Position numbers and translations under genes: made by a program. Of a stretch of DNA of 64,000 bases, positions 12,830 to 24,651 are shown piece by piece. Origin of the DNA: Octopus sinensis (lineage: Eukaryota); NCBI RefSeq assembly GCF_006345805.1, contig NC_043007.1, forward strand, positions 10,416,001 to 10,480,000. The letters are read 5' to 3'. The notes below the pieces were generated by a model. It was not told the origin of the DNA. It made no database searches and was given only the letters and a program-made list of their open reading frames with translations. Position 1 is the first letter of the stretch; each line of letters opens with the position of its first letter.

Positions 12830-13624
12830 AGGAAACACCTGTCATTAACTGGGTGGAAAAACGCTACCAAATTTGTATTATGAATACTGATATTCACTTA
12901 GATTGTATCGAACATATATAAGAAATGGCTATTAAATTTCATGTAGACGATAGAGGTGTTTCCTTCTGGCCAATATCACCATTGGTTCATATAAACTTCT
13001 GATCTATGATCTCTAGTATTTCAGTATATAAATGAAGCAAACATCATCCAAACTCTGGCTTATGTGTAGTACAAGGTCACTAAATAAAAGTTAGGGGAAA
13101 GCTAAAAACCTATGTACTATAATTTATTGAACTTAAGTATTACAACAGACAGAAATAGAACTAGCTTTTCTTAGACTACAGACTTATTGCTCGAAGATGA
13201 TATAAATATCAAACGAATAAAAACAATATATTATTGAAGTGCAGACACAAATTTAATATAGATATACAGTAAGAATCTGCTCTGTGAGTAGCATAATTCT
13301 TACACATTGGATAATGAAGGAGACAATTGCAGATCAAACATTGTAAAACGAGAAATACAAACTATGAATTATTTTCCTAGTTTTCCCAGTACTTTCATTT
13401 GGTTATCACTCTTAGACCGGTCATTTGTTTTTGAGTGAGGACTGCGCTATGTGCAACATTTTGGAAAAGGGTCTGTAGTTCCCTTAATGGGGACACCTGG
13501 ATATTCGAGACCACCTTCATTGTCTTCCTCGGAAGATTTTACCCAATAATGAACCTTTAGTGTTTATGTAGATGGTCTTTCTTCCTATAAATTAACAGAC
13601 AGACACACATACAAACACACACAC

Positions 13625-13975
13625 AGACGCTTTTACTTCTTTCAGTCAATAGACTGCGGCCATACTGGGGTATTGCCTTGAATAATTTTTAGTCGAATGA
13701 CTCGAACCTTGTACATTTTTTATTGTCTAGTCTAGTAATTATTTTATCGTTTCTCTCTGCTGAACCGCTAAGTTATGGGGACGTAAACATACCATCAACG
13801 CTTGTCAGACAAACATAGACACAAAGACACACACACATACATGTGTATGTACGACGGGCTGGTTTCAGCTTATCAGATCCATTCACAAGGTTTTGGTCGG
13901 ACCGGGGCTATAGTAGAAGACACTTCCTCAAGGTGCAATGCAGTGGGACTGAGTCCGGAAAAATGTGCATGGGAA
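13625..13975 (-). mobile_element. Degenerate SINE family A
   Basis: Similar to 16524-16912 in both head and tail. Confidence 0.75.
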
Positions 13976-14187
13976 GTTTGCCACACACACACATACAAAT
14001 GTATGTGTATTTTTCAATGTGTACAAACAATACGGAAAAAATTAATTAATTGTTACCAGGGCTGCAAAATTTCACGTAAGTACTAAGGGTGTAACAGCCT
14101 TCTTATAATGGTTTAGTGAAATGTTTTTAAATAACATAGATAAATAGAGAAAGGGAATTAAACGCAGGTTTTATTCAAATCTTTATA

Positions 14188-14272
14188 ATTCCGACATATG
14201 TTTCGAAGAAAACATTGGTATTATTCCGGAAGAATAAAATGATATAAATCAATGTGATCTTCTCATCAGGAG
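14188..14272 (-). ncRNA. Minimal type-I hammerhead ribozyme motif (weak stem I)
   Basis: Minus strand: CTGATGA gaag..cttc GAAA C ATAT GTC ggaa; palindromic stem III ACATATGT; GUC cleavage triplet. Confidence 0.6.
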
Positions 14273-15719
14273 AAAAAAGAAACAAAACACATCAATAAGT
14301 TATTTTAGCTGAATGTGATTACTGCATGTACGATAAAGGAACGCTGGTCAGTTATTTAACAAAAAACGTTGATAGATTTAGCGAAAAGAAATATGTACAT
14401 GCGATCCAGAGTTTCTATGTACCAAATTCAACAATAAGGCTTTGGTCGAAGAAGGGCCATAGTAGAAGACACTTGTCCAAATTGCTGCGCACTGCGTTTG
14501 AAAGGGATCTTCTGAACTACACATTCAATAGTTTTTGTCTTATGAGTGATTTGGATAAACTTCCAGTTCGTTTGTATGAATCTCAGTCTCTCGACATATC
14601 ACATTGTCTCCGCAAAATATTTCTGTATATTTTTCTATCCTAAAATTAAGACGACAAATGACAATAAAGATAGTGCATATATTGGGGGTCAATATTACAT
14701 TATCGTACACCTCAGGATAAATCAATGCATTGGGCCTTATATAATTTGATTATTTATAACAAACCATAATCTACACAGATCAAAACTGGGCCCTTAGATC
14801 TGTGATACTTCTGGGCAAATCAGTGCACTAGACCGTATTTATTTACTGGTAGCAAGTCACAACTTACATAGATCGGAATCGGGGTTGTAGGCCTCTGTGA
14901 CCGCTGGGCAAATCAATGCTCTGGATCCTATATCATAGATTTAGTGATAGCAAGCCACAGTCAACATTGATCAAAACTGGGCCCTTAGGTCTGCGAGGCA
15001 CATACCCACTGTACCCATGCCTTAGGTCGACATTGCATACATATTACTTAATATGAAACCTCTAAGTACGGAGAAGTCGTTGAAATTATTATTCCTGCTA
15101 ATGAGGTCATCAACACGATGGTAAAATTTCCAAATACATCAGTACTTGGAATATGATAATTGAGAGTAAGTACAATAGTTGCTGGAAATATTGCGATAGA
15201 GGGATGGAAGGGGATGTAGCAAACCTCTTCAGTATGTGGTAGATCATAATATACTACATATGTGTGTATGCAAGTGTGGATGTATCTCTTACTTTCTCTC
15301 TCTCTCTTTCTCTGTGTGGATTTAAAACAGAAATTTGCATTGTGGAACAGTCATTTTAACGAGTTTTATATTTATTTATTTATTTATCACACGACGTGAT
15401 ACGTCTGCACCACCGGATACTCCTGAACCAGTTGTTGAGTGTCCTACAAGAGGGATCGATGGTAGATGTGTCGTAACAATTGTTGGGATTAATAATGTAT
15501 TCTCGTATATTCCATCTTCCGTCTTTGCTTTGTTATATATATATATATATTGCTTCTAACCTTACAGCAGTCAGAACAACCAGATTTTGGTCAGTCAGTG
15601 GACTCTACTACCTCATATGTTCTTAACATTTAAATCCACATCTTTGTCTATATATCTACTTTCTCTATAATGTTGCCACTTGATTTGAACATTTTTGTAT
15701 TAATGGAAAACTTCTATAG

Positions 15720-15805
15720 TTGGCTGATGAGTACTCAGCATCTTAAATATGTTGTAATACTTACAACATTTAATAAAATGATGTAGTACGAAACGATCGT
15801 ACCAA
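15720..15805 (+). ncRNA. Minimal type-I hammerhead ribozyme
   Basis: ttgg CTGATGA gtac..(internal hairpin atgttgtaa/ttacaacat)..gtac GAAA C GATC GTA ccaa; palindrome ACGATCGT. Confidence 0.8.
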
Positions 15806-15935
15806 ATTGCCGGAGTCATTCTTGTTGCTTATTTTGATTATAATCACCCCACGGATTTTCATGGATAACACCGTTCAAAATTCTGGTGCATCTAAATTAA
15901 GTACCATATTCATTTGAATCTAAATTTTTGCTGAA

Positions 15936-15995
<60 letters not shown>

Positions 15996-16523
15996 AATAA
16001 AAGACAGAAGATGGAATATACGAGAATACATTATTAATCTATATTTATTCTATAAACAGTTAGCATAGTTTACCAAGAAACATTGTCGGTTTCACTTAAC
16101 ATATGTTGAAGTGTGAAGTCTACCCAAACATTAGAGATGACGCTTTTTACAATGAAGCAGCTTTCTTTCTACAATGAAGAAGCTTTCTTTCCATGCACTT
16201 TACTTTCTGAAATACGGAGACCTCTACGTCCTCATACGTCACCCGATTCTCTAAATCCGCAAGTCTTGGTCATTTTGAGGGCAATATTAGGATTACATTC
16301 TAATCTAAGCTGCCATTCTACATGTTTTTGGTGTCAAGAATTTCAGCATTGGTCATCGCAAAATGACCGAAAAACATACTTCTAAGGAAGAGTTGTTTGC
16401 TTTGCACTCCTAGTGTGCCGATTCTGCCCATAAGAAAGAAACAAATAGTACAATGTGGCTGTAAGTCATAACACCCAGGCAACGCTGGATGCAGTGCTAA
16501 GATATATATATATATATATATAT

Positions 16524-16911
16524 CTTTTACTCTTTTACTTGTTTCAGTCATTTGACTGTGGTCATGCTGGAGCACCGCCTTTAATCGAGCAACTCGACCC
16601 CAGGACTTATTCTTTTGTAAGCCCAGTACTTATTCTATCGGTCTCTTTTGCCGAACCGCTAAGTAACGGGGACATAAACACACCAGCATCGGTTGTCAAG
16701 CAATGCTAGGGGGACAAACACAGACACACAAACACACACACCTACATATATATACACGACGGGCTTCTTTCAGTTTCCGTCTACCAAATCCACTCACAAG
16801 GCTTTGGTTGGCCCGAGGCTATAGTAGAAGACACTTGCCCAAGGTGCCACGCAGTGGGACTGAACCCGGAACCATGTGGTTGGTAAACAAGCTACTTACC
16901 ACTCCTGCGCC

Positions 16912-16912
<1 letters not shown>
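16524..16912 (-). mobile_element. Near full-length tRNA-derived SINE family A
   Basis: Minus strand: tRNA-like head with B-box-like ggttcagtccc, central CA/TA tract, tail ..gaaacaagtaaaagagtaaaag. Confidence 0.9.
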
Positions 16913-16982
<70 letters not shown>

Positions 16983-17399
16983 ATATATATATATATATAT
17001 TAAAGGAAATAGGGAAACGCAATTGACATATAAATCTATTAACACTATAACATAATATTATTATGCTACAAAAATATATAATATAGTATAATATATTATA
17101 ACAAATAAATTAAACAAATAGATATCCTACAATTTGTTTCGATTTATATCCACAAGTGAATTTATGAAAAATTCACATTTATGTATATGATAATATTTGT
17201 CAGGATAATATTTGTCTAAAAAAACTGACAAAAACTTCATGCAATGGTTGCTAAATCATAAAATAGACTGATTTAAAATATACCTATGTTTACAAGCGTG
17301 AGCGTTAATAATTTGAAAATATTATAAAAATAAACCAAAAACAGATTTCAAATAAATAAAATAAATTAAATAAACAAAACTATTAGAACGGTCATAATA

Positions 17400-17501
<102 letters not shown>

Positions 17502-18017
17502 TTAGGGAGTAAATCCAAACTTACAGGGAAAATTAGATTTAGGATTAAATCTAATTTTATAGTATAAATATATATATTAAATTAGAGATAAAACCACTGT
17601 TAGGCAAATCAAACAGTGAAAATCATAAACCAACACATAGAAATAAAATTAGTAAATAAAAAATATATATATATAAAATTCAAAATGATTTTCACTGTTT
17701 GATTTCCCTAATAGCGGTTTTATCTCTAATTTAATATATATATATATATATATAGATAATCAACCAATAAGGGTGAGAAATTTTTATACTAATTTAATAG
17801 TACATCCATTTAACACCTAGTGGCTTAGTGCATATAAAACCCGGATTTTTCATGCATTTTATATATAAATATAAGAGAGCGACCACTATGTGGTCTACTC
17901 TAGCACTAAAAGTAGATCCATTGGGCTTCAGCCACATAAAAAATTGGCTGAACCACACGTGCGTTTGTCGTGGTGGTGAAGTCTAGCGTGCGGTCGAGTT
18001 AATTGTATTCTGAATGG

Positions 18018-18108
18018 GTTCGGCTGAGGAGCTACAAATAAATGTATATTACGTGAGTAAAATTACATAATTTATTAATTTATTAATAGCGAAACAATTG
18101 TCCCGAAC
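18018..18108 (+). ncRNA. Minimal type-I hammerhead ribozyme, fully canonical core
   Basis: gttcgg CTGAGGA gcta..tagc GAAA C AATT GTC ccgaac: 6-bp stem I, 4-bp stem II base, palindrome ACAATTGT, predicted cut after C18102. Confidence 0.88.
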
Positions 18109-18860
18109 TAATTTGAATTTTTGTTATGTTTATTTGCCCTGTCTGCGCCAGTAGTTGTGCTAATATTCACCGGAGACATTTTTTATGTGGCTGAAGCCCA
18201 ATGGATCTATTTTTAGTGCTAGAGTAGACCACATAGTGGTCGCTCTCTTATATTTATATATAAAATGTATGAAAATTCGGGTTTTATATGCACTAAGCCA
18301 CTAGGTGTTAAATGGATGTACTATTAAATTAGTATAAAAATTTCTCACCCTTATTGGTTGATTGTAACTATGCTACATTTAATTTTGGATGTAGTATCTG
18401 TTTCAGTGACCACTAACAACAACAACAATACTAAAGGTGATCAAGATGAAGATAGCAGGAAAATTATCTTATTTAGGGTTAAAAGTTCTATTGCCACCAC
18501 CATCACCACTAGCAACAATAATTAAGGTGCTGACAATGATGATGATGACAATTGAAATATAAAAATATAAAAATCTCTGACAAAGGCTATTTACAACATT
18601 TCTAAAAATAGCCCAACAATTGCTGCTTCGGCCAAGGTCAAGATACAGGACTCGTGACATGTCCAACAAAGCGTGACGCCTAAACCAATCAGCTCAACCA
18701 ACCAATCAGCTTAAGTAATTGAGTGATACTACACACTGACTGGTCAGAATACAGTTTGCAAAACCTAGCATCTGGAGCCTACACAGCTGTATTTAAAGCA
18801 CAGATTCAATCATCTCGCTACAGTCAAAAATTGTGAAGCATGACTGTCACCACTACTACA

Positions 18861-18905
18861 TGAACCTGAAGATTGCAGAATTTAATGCATGAAAGTACTA
18901 GTTCA
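18861..18905 (+). ncRNA. Minimal type-I hammerhead motif (second family)
   Basis: tgaac CTGAAGA t tgca gaatttaa tgca t GAAA GTAC TA gttca; stem III palindrome AGTACT; U-U at the base of stem II. Confidence 0.6.
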
Positions 18906-19062
18906 ATCAGAATGAACATTTAACATTCTACTATTTTATTTTATTCTATTATAATATATTATCTTATAATATATGATTATAAGATTGTAAATAAAACGTG
19001 AAAATCAGACAAGTTGGAATTCCTTTTATTAATATATTCTTCTATACACATCACACACACCC

Positions 19063-19094
<32 letters not shown>

Positions 19095-19386
19095 TATATA
19101 GATATATATATATTATATATATAGATAATCAACCAATAAGGGTGAGAAATTTTTATACTAATTTAATAGTACATCCATTTAACACCTAGTGGCTTAGTGC
19201 ATATAAAACCCGGATTTTTCATGCATTTTATATATAAATATAAGAGAGCGACCACTATGTGGTCTACTCTAGCACTAAAAGTAGATCCATTGGGCTTCAG
19301 CCACATAAAAAATTGGCTGAACCACACGTGCGTTTGTCGTGGTGGTGAAGTCTAGCGTGCGGTCGAGTTAATTGTATTCTGAATGG

Positions 19387-19477
19387 GTTCGGCTGAGGAG
19401 CTACAAATAAATGTATATTACGTGAGTAAAATTACATAATTTATTAATTTATTAATAGCGAAACAATTGTCCCGAAC
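19387..19477 (+). ncRNA. Duplicate of hammerhead 18018-18108
   Basis: Identical sequence in the second tandem unit. Confidence 0.85.
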
Positions 19478-20228
19478 TAATTTGAATTTTTGTTATGTTT
19501 ATTTGCCCTGTCTGCGCCAGTAGTTGTGCTAATATTCACCGGAGACATTTTTTATGTGGCTGAAGCCCAATGGATCTATTTTTAGTGCTAGAGTAGACCA
19601 CATAGTGGTCGCTCTCTTATATTTATATATAAAATGTATGAAAATTCGGGTTTTATATGCACTAAGCCACTAGGTGTTAAATGGATGTACTATTAAATTA
19701 GTATAAAAATTTCTCACCCTTATTGGTTGATTGTACTATGCTACATTTAATTTTGGATGTAGTATCTGTTTCAGTGACCACTAACAACAACAACAATACT
19801 AAAGGTGATCAAGATGAAGATAGCAGGAAAATTATCTTATTTAGGGTTAAAAGTTCTATTGCCACCACCATCACCACTAGCAACAATAATTAAGGTGCTG
19901 ACAATGATGATGATGACAATTGAAATATAAAAATATAAAAATCTCTGACAAAGGCTATTTACAACATTTCTAAAAATAGCCCAACAATTGCTGCTTCGGC
20001 CAAGGTCAAGATACAGGACTCGTGACATGTCCAACAAAGCGTGACGCCTAAACCAATCAGCTCAACCAACCAATCAGCTTAAGTAATTGAGTGATACTAC
20101 ACACTGACTGGTCAGAATACAGTTTGCAAAACCTAGCATCTGGAGCCTACACAGCTGTATTTAAAGCACAGATTCAATCATCTCGCTACAGTCAAAAATT
20201 GTGAAGCATGACTGTCACCACTACTACA

Positions 20229-20273
20229 TGAACCTGAAGATTGCAGAATTTAATGCATGAAAGTACTAGTTCA
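20229..20273 (+). ncRNA. Duplicate of hammerhead 18861-18905
   Basis: Identical sequence in the second tandem unit. Confidence 0.58.
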
Positions 20274-20446
20274 ATCAGAATGAACATTTAACATTCTACT
20301 ATTTTATTTTATTCTATTATAATATATTATCTTATAATATATGATTATAAGATTGTAAATAAAACGTGAAAATCAGACAAGGTTGGAATTCCTTTTATTA
20401 ATATATTCTTCTATACACAATCACACACACCCATATATATATATAT

Positions 20447-20479
<33 letters not shown>

Positions 20480-20804
20480 ATATATATATATATATGTATA
20501 TATATGTGAATATTTATGAATATGGGGAATCTGTAGATGTATGTATATGTGAATATATCTATATATATGTATCTATATGTATATATGCATATATATATAC
20601 ATATAGATACGTACACACACATATATGTATATATATATATATGAGTGTGTTGTGTGTGTGTGTGTGTATGTGTGTGTGCGTGTGTGTGTTTGTGTGTGTG
20701 TATTTAAATAACGAGGGAGATTAATTTAATTAATATCAATTTAAAACCAGTAGCCTAGCATATAAAAAATCTGAAAAATCAGAAAAAATTTCAATAGATG
20801 TGTA

Positions 20805-21218
<414 letters not shown>

Positions 21219-21232
21219 TATATATATATAAA

Positions 21233-21275
<43 letters not shown>

Positions 21276-21291
21276 TATATATAATATATAT

Positions 21292-21323
<32 letters not shown>

Positions 21324-21362
21324 GATAGATAAGAAAGTTTGTTTGGTAAAGCACGTGGGTGA

Positions 21363-21727
21363 ATATATAAGAAAATAGTAAAGTGTGAAAAAACGACAGA
21401 AGGCTAAATGTTAAAAAATATATATATTTGTGTCAAAATGTCTGGAGAATATTGGAAAAATTTTTTTTCCCTTTCCTTAAAATGACATAATTTAAAAATT
21501 TTTAAAGAAATTACCGGTTTCGCGTGTAGCTTTTCAAATTTCTTGTGACGTTATGAAATTTGAAAAGCTACACGCGAAACCGGTAATTTCTTTAAAAATT
21601 TTAAAATTATGTCATTTTAAGGAAAGGGAAAAAAAAATTTTTCCAATATTCTCCAGACATTTTGACACAAATATATATATTTTTTAACATTTAAGCCTTC
21701 TGTCGTTTTTTCACACTTTACTATTTT

Positions 21728-21737
<10 letters not shown>
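21363..21737. repeat. Near-perfect palindrome, ~180-bp arms, 12-nt spacer
   Basis: 21363-21542 is the reverse complement of 21555-21737; spacer ttgtgacgttat; (TA)n near both ends. Confidence 0.95.
21555..21590 (+). ncRNA. Hammerhead motif with U3-A8 core (mirrored on minus at 21507-21542)
   Basis: gaaat TTGAAAA gc tacac gc GAAA CCGG TA atttc. Confidence 0.6.
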
Positions 21738-21786
<49 letters not shown>

Positions 21787-22263
21787 GTGTGTGTATATAA
21801 ATATATGTATTATTACCTAGTAAATTGAAAAGATGAAATGGCATGATCGGTAGTGGACTGGGCAAAACACTTAATGATATTCTGTCTATCGCTATTTTAT
21901 GAGTTTGCGTTCTGTAGAAGTCTTTTTTTTTTTTTTTTGCTTCTTTCTTTACTTTCATCGTTAGGAGTAAATAAAGTACTACTGGGGTACTGAAATTTAC
22001 ATGATGGATTTGTGTGTGTGTGTGTGTGTCTGGATATGTGTATATATATCTATATATGTGTGTATGTATATATGTATGCGTATTTGTGTATTTATGTATA
22101 TATGTGTGATGGCGTGCATATATGTATATGTATATGCATGTATATATATATGTATACACATATGTATACATATACGTATGTATGTGTGTGTATATATATA
22201 TATATATATATAATATATATGTGTGTGTGTGTGTGAATGTATGTATATGTGAACATATGTATC

Positions 22264-22308
<45 letters not shown>

Positions 22309-23102
22309 AGTTGAATTTGTATACATGTTAAATAAATAAACAGAACAGATAAATTAAATATTTTGTTTGCTATAATATATTTTATGAACAACTGGTTATT
22401 AGTGGAAAATTATATACAATATAGTAGTGTGTTTTTTATTTTTTATTAAAGGGTAACAAAAAATTTACACTAGACTACTGATTTTTTGAGATCATAACAG
22501 TTTGAAAAAAAAATTGAGAGAGTAGACACCACGCCCAGAAAAAGAAAGGGTGACTTTCAGAAGATGGAATGGAAGACTTTACTAAATTCTCTGGCACCCA
22601 AATATGGATGCGGTAAACATCAGATCGTAGTTGGTTTAGAGAAAATCCTGAGGCCTTCGTCTGGCAGTGGTCTGAACATGTGCCAGGATTATGATGTACT
22701 TTGCATAAGGTGGTAACATAATATAACAGTTTTTAAGAGTGTGAGTAGTTTTCTTCCTGAATACCTGATTTACACAAAAATAATTTTACATAAAATAAAC
22801 ATTAAAGAAATAAATGAAATATCTTTATAAAACTTTTACTAGAACGACTTGATATTGATTTCGAAGTTTCAAACTCATATATATATATATGAATTAAATT
22901 ATAGATAAAACCACTATTGGGCAAATCAAACAATGAAAAACATAAACCAAAACATAAAAATAAAAATAAATAATATAATATACAAAATATATAAAAAGTT
23001 TAAAAATTTAAATTATTTAAATTTAAAATTAAAATTATTAATTTATATTTATAAATTTTTATATTCTATTTATATATATATATCTATATCTATCTATCTA
23101 TC

Positions 23103-23169
<67 letters not shown>

Positions 23170-23271
23170 CTATATATATATATATATATTTTTTTTATTA
23201 AAAATTTTTTATATTTTATTAAATATATATAACTATCAAAAAGTATTAAAAGTTTAATATAAGATAAAAAG

Positions 23272-23305
<34 letters not shown>

Positions 23306-23397
23306 CATGTGCCAGGATGATGATGATGATGATGATGGTGTACCTTGCATAATGCGATAGCATAATATAACAGTTCAGAATAAATGTTAAAGAAATA

Positions 23398-23751
23398 AAG
23401 TGGTTGCCATACTTTTCTATATCTATCTGCCGCAATGGACAGTAGAAATCTAGTTACATAGTCCAGTAAAAACTGATAAACCCAAATAGAACTTGCATAT
23501 TATGCCCCACGTTGTTATCATAGGATAAACATTTTTACAATACGAGATGGCGTCACAAAGGCGCACGGGGCCAAATGAGCACAAGTCAGCATTAAAATGT
23601 TTCCAACAAAACCTGTGGGAATTGTTAATGCAATTAGAATAGTAAAGGAAAGTCTTATCAAAACTTGTTGTCTGCTGAGTTCTTTGATGGTAACATTGAA
23701 TTCCGTATCATTTGTTGTTCCATTCTGCACTGAGTCCGTAAATGACAACAT
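23398..23751 (-). pseudogene. Truncated GPCR pseudogene, paralog of 25630-26859
   Basis: MLSFTDSVQNGTTNDTEF..GNIL joined directly to MLTCAHL (19-codon deletion), frameshifts, homology ends after ADRYRKVWQP. Confidence 0.92.
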
Positions 23752-23768
23752 TCTTTTCCAATTTTTGG

Positions 23769-23811
<43 letters not shown>

Positions 23812-23812
<1 letters not shown>

Positions 23813-24004
23813 TGCGTGTGTACCGTTGGCGATTTTTTTCCTCTGTCTTCCCTTCTTTGGATCTTTCCTTCTCCTATGTTTCCGACAAAGAGCTCCGCTC
23901 GAAACGTTAAACCCTCCTTCTTTCCTGAGCGTCCAATAATACTATATTTGTTCCACGTCCTCGCGTTGTTGTGTTTTTTTTTGTGCTTTCATGTTTGGAT
24001 TAAC
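23812..24004 (+). mobile_element. Penelope pLTR-like short repeat (copies at 33016-33214 minus and ~58391-58551)
   Basis: Three homologous copies; carries a decayed hammerhead (gttt ccgacaa agagctccgctc gaaacgtt aaac). Confidence 0.65.
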
Positions 24005-24133
24005 TTTATATATATATATATAAAGGTACTACAGATATTTATTTGTATATTACATTTTTTATATATCATATAACTTAGATCATGTATTAGCGCTTTCTCC
24101 CATTCTAGTGGGGTTTTCAAATCAGACTAACTC

Positions 24134-24201
<68 letters not shown>

Positions 24202-24205
<4 letters not shown>

Positions 24206-24513
24206 AAAACACAGAAGCTTTGTGTTACAGGATTTAAGAGTATATGTGAGACAATAATAAATATATTATACAATTTTGTACAAAATAAGCTTTTTGTTCT
24301 TTCAATATAATTGAAGTAAGGGCCTGTTTCGCATTGCTTATCAAGCTTAGAGTTACTCAACTTTCAGCTTGATGAGAAATGCGAAACTGGTCATTACTTC
24401 AATTATACTGAAAGAACAAAAGCTCATTTTGTACAAAATTGTAGAATATCTTTAGTATCATGATTCTAATGTATTTTTAAATCCTGTAAAACAAAGCTTC
24501 TGTGTTTTTTCAT
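24202..24513. repeat. Diverged ~310-bp fold-back
   Basis: atgaaaaacacagaagctttg..acaggatttaa / ttaaatcctgt..caaagcttctgtgttttttcat, with inner arms also complementary. Confidence 0.85.
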
Positions 24514-24530
24514 AATTTTCTTTCTATATA

Positions 24531-24575
<45 letters not shown>

Positions 24576-24612
24576 AACCCGTGTGTTTCCCCAATAAAAT
24601 ATTTTCTATCTA

Positions 24613-24651
<39 letters not shown>

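Larger units (their letters stand above)
17755..20440. repeat. Near-identical tandem duplication, unit 1368-1369 bp
   Basis: 17755-19123 recurs from 19124; duplicate ORFs 18469/19837 are offset by 1368; the differences seen are single-base indels. Confidence 0.95.

Noticed and set aside
15025-15150. DIAYILL as a possible S1 Asp102 exon
   Set aside because: It needs a frameshift, lacks the PICLP/GWG motifs and lies 45 kb away across a gap
17125-17210. Minus-strand hammerhead (CTGACAA..GAAACAAATTGTA)
   Set aside because: G8 is mutated without a compensating C3 change and stem II is unclear; relic at best
21817-21989. Minus-strand exon-like 173-nt segment (tttcag|..|gtaata) with an open frame TPVVLYLLLTMKVKKEAKKKKKDF..
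   Set aside because: It contains a long A-run, has no recognisable homology and lies between microsatellites; chance is plausible
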